Virus record (IMG/VR): IMGVR_UViG_2974704384_000001 | Span: 1 to 64,000 of that record | Direction: 5' to 3' (one strand) | Length of the DNA stretch: 64,000 bases | Origin: a virus | Lineage: Duplodnaviria > Caudoviricetes | In this document: positions 28,792 to 36,681 of the stretch, piece after piece | Layout: the number at the start of each line of letters is the position of its first letter | How positions within the stretch are numbered: position 1 is the first letter of the stretch | Notes under the pieces: generated by a model | Database searches by the model: none | What the model was told of the DNA's origin: nothing | The model's input: only the letters and a program-made list of their open reading frames with translations | Position numbers and translations under genes: made by a program

Positions 28792-29136
28792 CTAGCAGTA
28801 TCCGCAGTCGCAGTCGTTAGGCGACCGGTTGGAAATGACCATCACGGCACCCTCCGGCTCCGGCGCGATGTTGTCGAGCTTGGCCGGTGGGTACTTGCCG
28901 TATATGCCGTCCTCGAATCCGGCTAGGGTCCGCTGGTGCTGCCAGTCGGCCCGTTCGGTGAGTGCCTGGTCTCGCTTGGCCCGTTCTGCCGCCTGTGCGT
29001 CCTGCTGCCGGGCGATCTTGCGGGCGATGAGGTAAGCCAGCCATACGAGGGTTACGCCCAGCAGAAGAGGCCACACGACTTTGACCACCAGGACGACGAT
29101 TACGGCGATGGTCACCCAGACGGCGAACTCACCCAT
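28792..29136 (-). CDS. membrane protein
   Basis: MGEFAVWVTIAVIVVLVVKVVWPLLLG.. TM region; likely ATG at 29136. Confidence 0.7.
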   Translation of the reverse strand: MGEFAVWVTIAVIVVLVVKVVWPLLLGVTLVWLAYLIARKIARQQDAQAAERAKRDQALTERADWQHQRTLAGFEDGIYGKYPPAKLDNIAPEPEGAVMVISNRSPNDCDCGYC

Positions 29137-29141
29137 GACAC

Positions 29142-29474
29142 CTAAGCCCCTTTCGCGTATATCGAGGACTCGTATTCCGGACAGTAGAAGGCGACAGCGC
29201 CGCTTAGGATGCCGACCGCGAGGGCCTTGTCTCCTAAGAGGTCGGTGTCCCCGGCCAGGATTTCGCGCCACGGCGTGCCACTCGCCAGTTGGGCGCACCG
29301 TGACTGAGCGATCGGCACGGCCATGTTGCAGTTAACGTTGCGCCCGGTCTGCCCTGTTACGTAGGTGCAGAACTCGTAGTCGTCCTGGGGCGCGGCCACG
29401 GCTTGCGGAGCGCCTAGGCCGCTGAGCACAAGGGCTGCAAGCCCCACAAGCGCGCGTGCGTGTCGATTAACCAT
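29142..29474 (-). CDS. secreted protein (DUF732-like)
   Basis: signal peptide ..APQAVA, DDYEFC, AVAFYCPEY. Confidence 0.7.
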   Translation of the reverse strand: MVNRHARALVGLAALVLSGLGAPQAVAAPQDDYEFCTYVTGQTGRNVNCNMAVPIAQSRCAQLASGTPWREILAGDTDLLGDKALAVGILSGAVAFYCPEYESSIYAKGA

Positions 29475-30160
29475 TGGTCGATCTTGGCCCGGTTAGGTTC
29501 GTCTGGCAAGGAGGTCAGGCGCTCGGCGCGCTGGATCATGTCGCGCCAGTCCCGAATGTCCTCTAGCACCTGTTCCTGAGGTACCTCGCCGTTGCGGATG
29601 CTCAGCAGGTAGTCCCGGCGCAGCTCCATCATGGGCATCTGCATGTTCTGGTCCATCAGCATTTCGTGGCCCTGCATAAGCAGCCGGAGCGCATGGAATG
29701 CGGCCTTAGTGTCGTAGCCGTGGGCCTCGATCAGCTCGGGCCGGTTGGTGCGCGGCGCGCGTTCGCCGGTCAGCCTAGCGGCCATTGAGTCGGCGTATCC
29801 CATGTGCCGGGCCGCTAACCGCTTGCTAAGGAACATCTGCCGGTTCTCTTGCAGCTTGATCATGTCGGGGAAGATCAGGTTAGGCGTAAACAGCAGGGTC
29901 ATAACCGTAGGGTTGCCCTGGCAAACGAGGCTCACATATTTACGCAGACCGTAAAACTGGGTCTCGGAGTCTCCGGCCTCACTCTTAACGCCTTCGGGCT
30001 TGTCCCGCCTCCGGACTGCCCCGACCTGCGGCTTAAGCCCGATTAGCGCTTCTGGCGGATCGGCATAGATGCCGATGTAGTCGTGGTCGGAGTCCTCACG
30101 GTTTAGGCCGTGGGCAAACGATCCAATCTCGCCAATGATCAATGGCCTAATGTCAGCCAT
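29414..30160 (-). CDS. Pol-beta superfamily nucleotidyltransferase (RlaP / Nuc-transf-like)
   Basis: GSFAHGLNREDSDHDYIGIY motif, GNPTVMTLLF, YDTKAAFHALRLL; likely ATG 30160. Confidence 0.8.
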   Translation of the reverse strand: MADIRPLIIGEIGSFAHGLNREDSDHDYIGIYADPPEALIGLKPQVGAVRRRDKPEGVKSEAGDSETQFYGLRKYVSLVCQGNPTVMTLLFTPNLIFPDMIKLQENRQMFLSKRLAARHMGYADSMAARLTGERAPRTNRPELIEAHGYDTKAAFHALRLLMQGHEMLMDQNMQMPMMELRRDYLLSIRNGEVPQEQVLEDIRDWRDMIQRAERLTSLPDEPNRAKIDQWLIDTHARLWGLQPLCSAA

Positions 30161-30163
30161 ATT

Positions 30164-30174
30164 CCCCCCCCCCC
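30164..30174 (-). repeat. G11 homopolymer in the RBS of the nucleotidyltransferase
   Basis: 11 consecutive C on + strand, 3 nt from the start codon. Confidence 0.9.
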
Positions 30175-30184
30175 TTAAAACAGA

Positions 30185-30237
30185 GCTAGCCCTGGTCGGC
30201 GCTCCCCCTCCCAAGAGAGCGGCCAGCCAGGGCTAGC
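30185..30237 (-). terminator. terminator-like hairpin after lsr2
   Basis: GCTAGCCCTGG / CCAGGGCTAGC 11-bp stem, followed on - strand by TCTGTTTT. Confidence 0.6.
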
Positions 30238-30251
30238 GGTCTGCGTTGCCG

Positions 30252-30713
30252 TTAAGACTCCCCGGCTGCTGAAAACTGCGGGTCGTCTTTCTTCTGAGCC
30301 GGTGCAGCCTTCTTAGCTGGCGCGGCTTTTTTGGCTGGTGCTGCCGCTTTGATTTCGTCACCGGTAGGCGACCCTGCGGCTCTCCAATCCCGAACGATCT
30401 GTGCGGAGACGCGGCCCCGGTCGGACACTTCATGTCCGTTGAGCTGAGCCCACTTGCGTACGTCTGCGAGTGGCAAGCCGGGTTCCCCGCCGGAGTAGGT
30501 GTTTTTGCTGCTAGAGCGCCTACGGGTGGATTCCTTGCCGACCCGCGTGGCGACTTCCAGCCACCTCTCCAAGTCCTTGTCGAACTGCTTAGCGTTCTTC
30601 TCGGACAGGTCCAGGTGGTAGGCCACTCCCTCAATCGAGAAGTTGCGTTCTGCCTCCGCTTCCAGCTCTGGCTCGTAGTCATCGAACAGTGTGACGGTTA
30701 CCCGTTTCCCCAT
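30252..30713 (-). CDS. lsr2: Lsr2 nucleoid-associated protein with Ala/Lys/Pro tail
   Basis: VTVTLFDD, YHLDLSEKNA, VRKWAQLNGHEVSDRGRVSAQI. Confidence 0.9.
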   Translation of the reverse strand: MGKRVTVTLFDDYEPELEAEAERNFSIEGVAYHLDLSEKNAKQFDKDLERWLEVATRVGKESTRRRSSSKNTYSGGEPGLPLADVRKWAQLNGHEVSDRGRVSAQIVRDWRAAGSPTGDEIKAAAPAKKAAPAKKAAPAQKKDDPQFSAAGES

Positions 30714-30757
30714 TTCGTTCCCCTTCGGTTTCGTGTTTTCGGGTATGTGGTGCGTAC

Positions 30758-30787
30758 ACAGTAAGTGCCTTAATCGTTATTCGTCAA
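30758..30787 (-). promoter_or_regulatory. SigA-like promoter for lsr2
   Basis: - strand TTGACG-N18-TACTGT. Confidence 0.55.
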
Positions 30788-30789
30788 CT

Positions 30790-31158
30790 TCATCTGAGCG
30801 GATTAGTCGCTAACTGGGCAATGAACAGGACGAACATGGTTAGCACCACAGCCGTGACGATACCCGCGATGATGAGCTGAGTAGGCGATACGCGCCGGTA
30901 GAGCGGGACGCGTTTAACGACGGCCTTGGACCAGTCCAGCTCAAGGCGGTTGATCTCCGATTCAAGCTGCTTGTACTGCTGCTCGTGTGCCTGAAAGTAA
31001 GGCTGTGCGCTGACGCGAAGATCGCGTTTCCAGTTGTCCAGCGATGCGCGGTAGCGGGCGAGCGCGTCGTTCGCTTCCCGAAGGGCCAATGCGCGCGCCC
31101 GCAGGGAGGGGTCGCGTTGCAATGCTGCGATGAACGGGGGCGGGGGCGTGGTGCTCAT
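30790..31158 (-). CDS. membrane protein (coiled coil + C-terminal TM)
   Basis: 122 aa, GGAG RBS, hydrophobic C-terminus. Confidence 0.65.
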   Translation of the reverse strand: MSTTPPPPFIAALQRDPSLRARALALREANDALARYRASLDNWKRDLRVSAQPYFQAHEQQYKQLESEINRLELDWSKAVVKRVPLYRRVSPTQLIIAGIVTAVVLTMFVLFIAQLATNPLR

Positions 31159-31471
31159 GCGCGCGTGTCTCCTACCGGACTTAGGTAACCACTAGTTACG
31201 AGGACTGTTCACTTGCTCAACGTGAGTTGCGTTAGGGCGTGATTTGAAGATTTCGTTTAAAGACCCAGTGCCCAAGGTGACGTTTAGCGGGTTGTTGTCG
31301 TTGCTTGGTCGGGCACGGCACTAGCGAGTGTCTTTTATAGAACACCGGATTTTTCCAACTTATGGAAATATTAAAGAAAACCCACAGAGTTCCCACAGGG
31401 GCGAGGGGTTGCCCAGACGTGTCCGCAGGTGTAGGGGTCGCAGCCCTCCGACCAGCGCCGATCCGGCTCTT

Positions 31472-31670
31472 AGTTGATACTTTCGTTGATACCTCGGGAG
31501 AAAATGCCCTCTGACCTGCGTGTTCTTAACCTCACCAGAGGATTAAAAGCCCGTAGATGTACCCCCCGCATACCTGGGTGTATGGTGTCAAACGTGCAGC
31601 TAAGGCGGGTTAAGGGTCTACAGATGACTCAGGATGACTCTGCCGTAGTTGATACCTGTAGTTGATACCT
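31472..31670. promoter_or_regulatory. attP: attP region with arm-type integrase binding repeats
   Basis: GTTGATAC pairs at 31472-31493 and perfect GTAGTTGATACCT tandem at 31645-31670 flank a candidate core, immediately upstream of int. Confidence 0.7.
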
Positions 31671-31693
31671 GGGCACCGCGAGAGGGGCGAAAC

Positions 31694-33001
31694 GTGGCCG
31701 ATGAGCCAGAGAAAAATAAGAGGCGCGCGAGGGGTGATGGAGGTCTCTACGAAGATGCCAAGGGGTTGCACGTCGGCATCATGTGGATTCCCGGTCCGGA
31801 CGGCAAGCCGAAGCAAAAGCGAGTCGCCAGCAAGAGCAAGGCGGTGGCCGTTGCGAAGCTGAACAAACTGCGCGCTGACGTGCTGGCCGGGAACGTCGGA
31901 ACGACGCCAGGGAAGGTCAAGACGGTAGGCGAGTGGCTGGACTACTGGCTGACCGTTAAGAAGCGTGAGGTTCGGCCCAAGTCCTACAAGAGCTACGAGA
32001 GCACCGCGCGGCTGTACCTCAAGCCCCATATCGGCCATATCCGGCTGGACAAGCTGACGGTCGCTCAGGTCCGCTCTATGCTCTCGGCGCTACAGGATGG
32101 GTCCGGAGACACCAAGGGGTCGACGCGGAACGCTGAGAAGGCGTATCAGGCGCTAAACAACGCACTCCGGCAGGCGGTCAACGAGTCCGCGATTCCCCGC
32201 AACGTGTGCGATGCGATCAAAAAGCCGAAGCACCGGAAGCAGCAGCGCGGCGCATTCGAGACGAACGCGGCGGTCCACATTCTGCGGACGGCAGCCAAGC
32301 GTGACGACGAGGACGACCCTAAGCGGCCTAAGCTCGCGTCCCGGTGGGCGGCAGCGTTCATGACCGGCGCACGCCAGGCCGAGTGTCTGGGGATGGAGCT
32401 GGACCGGCTGGACTTCAAGGCTGGCGCTATGGATATCTCATGGCAGTTGCAGCGGTTGCAGTACGAACATGGCTGCGGCCCGGCTAAGGCTGACGGCACA
32501 TATCCGTGCGGCAAGGTCCGATACGGGTACTGCCCCGAGAAGCGGTTTGTTCCGCCGCCGGGGTTCGACTACCGGCACTGCTACAAGTCGCTGTTCTGGA
32601 CGCGGCCTAAGAGTTCCGCTGGGGAGCGGTGGGTTCCTATGGCTCCGCTGCTATCGGAGTCGCTTAAGGTGCATATCAAGCTTGATAAAGACCCTAACCC
32701 GCATGGGTTGGTGTGGCATCACCGCGACGGTAGGCCGCTGAGCCAAGAGGACGATAACGAGCAGTGGAACATGCTGATGGCTGCCGCCGGGATTGAGAAG
32801 ATGCCACGGCAGGCGGTGTTGCATGAGGCTCGGAATACGACGGCGACCCTGCTTCTGGAATCGGGTGTCGACGTTAGGGTGATTAAGGAGATTATGGGCC
32901 ACGCGTCGATCTTGCAGACGCGGGAGTACCAGAGGGTCAGTTTGGAATTGGGTAAGAGCGCCGTTAGCAACGCTTTCGACGCTCTGCTCCCGTCCGGTTA
33001 G
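31694..33001 (+). CDS. int: tyrosine integrase
   Basis: TGARQAE, HEARNT (HxxR), IMGH, TREY catalytic residues; GTG 31694 with GAGGGG RBS. Confidence 0.95.
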   Translation: MADEPEKNKRRARGDGGLYEDAKGLHVGIMWIPGPDGKPKQKRVASKSKAVAVAKLNKLRADVLAGNVGTTPGKVKTVGEWLDYWLTVKKREVRPKSYKSYESTARLYLKPHIGHIRLDKLTVAQVRSMLSALQDGSGDTKGSTRNAEKAYQALNNALRQAVNESAIPRNVCDAIKKPKHRKQQRGAFETNAAVHILRTAAKRDDEDDPKRPKLASRWAAAFMTGARQAECLGMELDRLDFKAGAMDISWQLQRLQYEHGCGPAKADGTYPCGKVRYGYCPEKRFVPPPGFDYRHCYKSLFWTRPKSSAGERWVPMAPLLSESLKVHIKLDKDPNPHGLVWHHRDGRPLSQEDDNEQWNMLMAAAGIEKMPRQAVLHEARNTTATLLLESGVDVRVIKEIMGHASILQTREYQRVSLELGKSAVSNAFDALLPSG

Positions 33002-33777
33002 AAAGCGCCGTCGAGCTGCTTAGGCGCAGGGCCACGCTTAGCCTTGCGCCTAAGTGGTTTTTCGGCGCGAATACGCTTCCACATGTGGGCCTTAAGGTGG
33101 CGCTGCTTGCGGGTCCACGACAAGCTCATGGTTACCGTCCACAGGATCGTTGCGAGGACGGTGACGCGCCAGGGCCAACGTCCCTCAGCTAATCCGATTG
33201 TGAGGGGCGCAGCGAGCGCCACGGCGGTACCGATCAGGTAGAGGTTGGCGATCAGCGGTGAGCGCGGATCGGTTTTGCGGATGCGCCAGAACAGCCAGCA
33301 GATGTGCGCGAGCTGCCAAACGTAGACGACGATTGCAACCGGCGTAATGGCTGTGTGCCAGCCGGTTACCCACAGTCCGACGAGTGTTGGCGTGGCGATG
33401 GTGAGCGGGATGCCAAGGTGGCTGTTGAGTAGCGCATCCTTACGGGCGCGGCCCCACTCCATGCGTTCGATGAGTTCGCCGAGGAATACCGCGTACCCGA
33501 CCATGAGCACAATGTGCCCAATGAGGAACTGTGCGGAGATATGGCTGTAACTGAAAGTGTTGGGCAAGAAGGGATTAAACACTTCTAGCCAGGGGGATAG
33601 CAGGGTTAACGCCGTGAGCGCCAGCGCGGAGCTGGTAGTGGTGCCCACTTCCCACCGGATGCGCCAAGTGTGTCGTCGTAGTACCTGGTTGGCGGTTCCT
33701 ACGGCGATCAGCGTCCACATGAGCGCGTGGTCTACGGGGGAGGTTAGTTCGTTGGCAAGGTGGAACTGATCGAGCAT
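32998..33777 (-). CDS. multi-pass membrane protein co-transcribed with repressor
   Basis: about 6-7 hydrophobic segments, downstream of repressor on the same strand. Confidence 0.7.
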   Translation of the reverse strand: MLDQFHLANELTSPVDHALMWTLIAVGTANQVLRRHTWRIRWEVGTTTSSALALTALTLLSPWLEVFNPFLPNTFSYSHISAQFLIGHIVLMVGYAVFLGELIERMEWGRARKDALLNSHLGIPLTIATPTLVGLWVTGWHTAITPVAIVVYVWQLAHICWLFWRIRKTDPRSPLIANLYLIGTAVALAAPLTIGLAEGRWPWRVTVLATILWTVTMSLSWTRKQRHLKAHMWKRIRAEKPLRRKAKRGPAPKQLDGAF

Positions 33778-33929
33778 AGGGGGTCGTGCCTTTACGGGAG
33801 GGGGCTGGACTCTCGTCCGTGGGAGGGGGAAACGGCTTGTGGCTCAGGCCGATACATGGAATGTACTTCCACTGTTACCCACCCGTCAATGGCCGTTTTC
33901 CCGCCCGTAAACCTCCCGTAAAACACGCA

Positions 33930-34310
33930 TTACAGAGGCGGAATATCCGTGCGCGCCCTGGGTCTACTCAGTCGGCTCTTGGTCCGTCTCCTCACTGTCG
34001 TGAGCACCGGAGGGTCCAACGTCATGTTGCCCCCGTCTGCTATGACCTCGCCCTCCCGCTCTAGGAAGTCGATCAGGTCCGTTTTGGACAGGTGGCCGAA
34101 GCGCACCAGCAGATCAACCTTGTCTAGGCCGAAGTGCTCTGCGACCGCCATGAGGTTGGGGATGCTGTTGAGCACGCCCTTATCCCGCTGCTCGTAATAG
34201 GTGGAGCGCGATATGCCTAGTGCGCTCAGCGCCTCTTGCATACGCACCTGTCGTTTAAGCAGGTAGCTCACTACGACGATCAGGTCGTTGTCTTCATCTC
34301 TGGCCGACAT
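33930..34310 (-). CDS. immunity repressor (HTH)
   Basis: QEALSALGISRSTYY HTH; divergent from cro-like gene next to int. Confidence 0.8.
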   Translation of the reverse strand: MSARDEDNDLIVVVSYLLKRQVRMQEALSALGISRSTYYEQRDKGVLNSIPNLMAVAEHFGLDKVDLLVRFGHLSKTDLIDFLEREGEVIADGGNMTLDPPVLTTVRRRTKSRLSRPRARTDIPPL

Positions 34311-34317
34311 GCCGATC

Positions 34318-34347
34318 ATCTTGTCCGACTATCGGGACAAGTGTCAA
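34318..34347 (-). promoter_or_regulatory. candidate repressor promoter, overlapping operator
   Basis: - strand TTGACA-N18-CAAGAT, ~7 nt before ATG 34310 (leaderless geometry). Confidence 0.45.
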
Positions 34348-34388
34348 CCCGGCTGACCAGCAAAGACGGTCTTACACGGCTGTAATTC

Positions 34389-34406
34389 TGTCCGATTTGT
34401 CGGACA
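34389..34406. promoter_or_regulatory. palindromic operator TGTCCGA-N4-TCGGACA
   Basis: perfect inverted repeat between repressor and cro; imperfect copy at 34322-34339. Confidence 0.7.
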
Positions 34407-34436
34407 AAATCCTGTTCAGATCGGACCGGGGTGTGT

Positions 34437-34736
34437 ATGGTTCAAACCGTGACGCCGACAACCTCCCAAACCTCAGCCCACACAATTCGCTGGATTCCCG
34501 AAGCTGTGCAGAATCTCCTGCATAACAACGACATTCTGACTCGCACCGAGCTTGCAAAAGCGCTGGGTGTAGCGCGTTCGACCGTCTATCGCACGTTTGA
34601 CGAGGACTGGTCGGGTGAGCCGAGCATGACGATGCTGGCGACGATGGCCGGACACTTCCGAGTCCCGCTCAACCGCATCGTTACCGAGCCTGGCAGCGCG
34701 GTAGCGCGTCGTAGAACTGTCCGGTTGGCCGGATGA
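34437..34736 (+). CDS. cro: Cro-like HTH protein
   Basis: TRTELAKALGVARSTVYR HTH; divergent from repressor. Confidence 0.8.
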   Translation: MVQTVTPTTSQTSAHTIRWIPEAVQNLLHNNDILTRTELAKALGVARSTVYRTFDEDWSGEPSMTMLATMAGHFRVPLNRIVTEPGSAVARRRTVRLAG

Positions 34737-34948
34737 CTGCGAACACAACGCTTCTGTCCGATGAACCTGACAGGTTGCTTGTGACTCGCCCAGAAGCCGC
34801 ACGGATTTTGTCCCTGTCCGTGCCTGAGATTGACCGGCTACGCCACAACGGAAAGCTGCTGGCGAAGAAACACGGATCAAAGGTGCTCTTTCCGATGAAA
34901 GAGCTTGAGCGTTTCGCTAACGACCTGCCTTGGGAGCTTGACCAGTGA
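34733..34948 (+). CDS. xis: excisionase (recombination directionality factor)
   Basis: LLVTRPEAARILSLSVPEIDRL, KHGSKVLFP. Confidence 0.8.
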   Translation: MTANTTLLSDEPDRLLVTRPEAARILSLSVPEIDRLRHNGKLLAKKHGSKVLFPMKELERFANDLPWELDQ

Positions 34949-35307
34949 CCAGAACCCGCATCGAACCCGACACCGAAGCTGTCGAAGAACTTAAGGCCGC
35001 GTTAGAGCGGCTAAGGAAGGACGGATGGAACCGTGGAAAGTTTTACGATCTCGCAACAGGCAAGTGCTGTGCTCTTGGGGCGTTCGGCCACCAGTTCCCG
35101 ACAGACTCGCCGGGCGTTAAGTACCTCGCATACGCAATCCGCACCCGCAAAGGCGGGCACCCATACCCGGCAGACATGCCCGATATGTCCGTCGTCATTC
35201 GTTTCAACGATGCACATGGCCGAAAGTGGGCAGAGGTCGAGGCCGTTTTCCTCGCCGCTATCCGTTACGCAGAAGGTAAGGGCGTCTATGTCCGAGAAGG
35301 CCGTTAG
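34945..35307 (+). CDS. hypothetical protein
   Basis: GWNRG..CCALGA, RFNDAHGR motifs common in actinophage early genes. Confidence 0.7.
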   Translation: MTRTRIEPDTEAVEELKAALERLRKDGWNRGKFYDLATGKCCALGAFGHQFPTDSPGVKYLAYAIRTRKGGHPYPADMPDMSVVIRFNDAHGRKWAEVEAVFLAAIRYAEGKGVYVREGR

Positions 35308-35398
35308 GGATAACGTGCTGGCCGCGCTGTCGCTGGCCGCGCTGATCCTGCTGGGTGCCATCGTCCTTAACGATCTGTTCGCGGCGTGGCAGGCATGA
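35288..35398 (+). CDS. small membrane protein
   Basis: MSEKAVRDNVLAALSLAALILLGAIVL..., single TM. Confidence 0.5.
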   Translation: MSEKAVRDNVLAALSLAALILLGAIVLNDLFAAWQA

Positions 35399-35481
35399 GT
35401 ACAGCGCCCGTACAGAAACTTGGTTCTATTGTTTCCATATCCCCCGAAAGCCACGTAGAGTTATTAGTAGAGGGGGAGGGG

Positions 35482-35811
35482 ATGAGAAAGTTCCGAGACG
35501 TGATCAACGAAGCGCGCAAGGTCGCAATGTTGAATCCCCTTGGACGTAACACCGGTAAGGGTTACTTCGAGTATGGAGAGCCATGCTGCTTCTTCGGTCA
35601 CGTCTTGGAACGTCTCTTGCTCCCTCAAGTTGCCAAATGGGAAATTGCACTCTTTAACACCTACACGCTTGCCGAACTGCCCTGGCACCACTGGGGCATT
35701 GAGGAACCTAACGATTATCAGCGGTTGTGGATCGCTAAGGTCCAAGCCGCTGCCGATAACGGGGATTCGTGGATCATCGCTATTGCGATGGCTGACGCGA
35801 CTCTCATTTAG
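35482..35811 (+). CDS. hypothetical protein
   Basis: ATG 35482 after GGAGGG RBS; EPCCFFGHVL. Confidence 0.65.
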   Translation: MRKFRDVINEARKVAMLNPLGRNTGKGYFEYGEPCCFFGHVLERLLLPQVAKWEIALFNTYTLAELPWHHWGIEEPNDYQRLWIAKVQAAADNGDSWIIAIAMADATLI

Positions 35812-36021
35812 ATTTCAGCTAAGCACCCGAGGCTGACTAAACAATCGGCTGCACATTATAGAAGTAACAAGTTGTTGACCTCTACGAAGTAACTCCGTTG
35901 CCGGAGCGTCTGTGTTCAGTGTCCAGACGGCAGAGTGGTTCGCCTGCAAGTAAGTCAGCATGAGTACGTCGCACTATGAACCGGTCCCCTCTTTTATGAG
36001 GCAGCCGGAGACGTGCGGGTA

Positions 36022-36126
36022 GCGATACGCGGTTGGTGCCTGAGGGTGACCGCCTCTGCCCTAACCCGACTGGGGGCTAACCAGATCGGAAGTGGGGACA
36101 TTCCGGTTCGATTCCGGAGTATCGCA
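36022..36126 (+). ncRNA. tRNA-like structured element (non-canonical)
   Basis: acceptor-like GCGATAC/GTATCGC, T-arm TCCGG-TTCGATT-CCGGA, D-like GGTT/GACC stem, elongated middle arm. Confidence 0.5.
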
Positions 36127-36284
36127 CTGGGCCGGGAGGTTGAGGCGCACGGTGCTAACGGGCATTAGCGCTTTATGGGGCACGAACGTAAGGGTGTGGC
36201 GTTCGGGGACTAACCCAAAGTTGCGCTCCCTCCCGGCCATTCTCTTGCACTACCGGTCACCACATCACCACGAAAGGGCGCGCT

Positions 36285-36650
36285 ATGACAGTTATCTACT
36301 TGGGCGAACCCACCGGCCCACGACTGCGGAGCCTGAGCCGCACTAAGGAGCGGGAGCTTGACGCCTGGCTTACCAGTGCGCTTAAGAATCCGCCCAAAAA
36401 GCGCGACCAAATCCCGAGTGATCTTGCTGAGTACACGCGTGCCCTAAGCGCCTTAGCTAAGCGTCGGGGAATCCAGTTCCATTTCAACGGCGACCGTATG
36501 CGGGTACGCGGCGAAGTGGTCTTGGGGAAGAACTTGCCCGGCTGTGTAGGCGGGTCGAAACGAAAGGTCACGGTTACCGACGAACGGTCTGCGGTCACGA
36601 AAGCTGGACAGCGCGTCGAACCCTGGAATATGAGGGATTGGCGTGAATGA
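36285..36650 (+). CDS. hypothetical protein
   Basis: 121 aa with AAGGG RBS. Confidence 0.65.
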   Translation: MTVIYLGEPTGPRLRSLSRTKERELDAWLTSALKNPPKKRDQIPSDLAEYTRALSALAKRRGIQFHFNGDRMRVRGEVVLGKNLPGCVGGSKRKVTVTDERSAVTKAGQRVEPWNMRDWRE

Positions 36651-36651
36651 G

Positions 36652-36681
36652 TTGACACCCACTGTACAAGCTATATACAGT
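36652..36681 (+). promoter_or_regulatory. SigA-like promoter overlapped by palindrome
   Basis: TTGACA-N18-TACAGT; CACTGTA-N9-TACAGTG inverted repeat at 36660-36682. Confidence 0.5.

Noticed and set aside
31649-31693. Integrase start at TTG 31649
   Set aside because: It lies inside the arm-type repeat; GTG 31694 has a proper GAGGGG RBS
35861-36240. Possible tmRNA
   Set aside because: No GGGGC 5' end, no G3:U70 alanine identity pair, no CCA and no recognisable tag ORF
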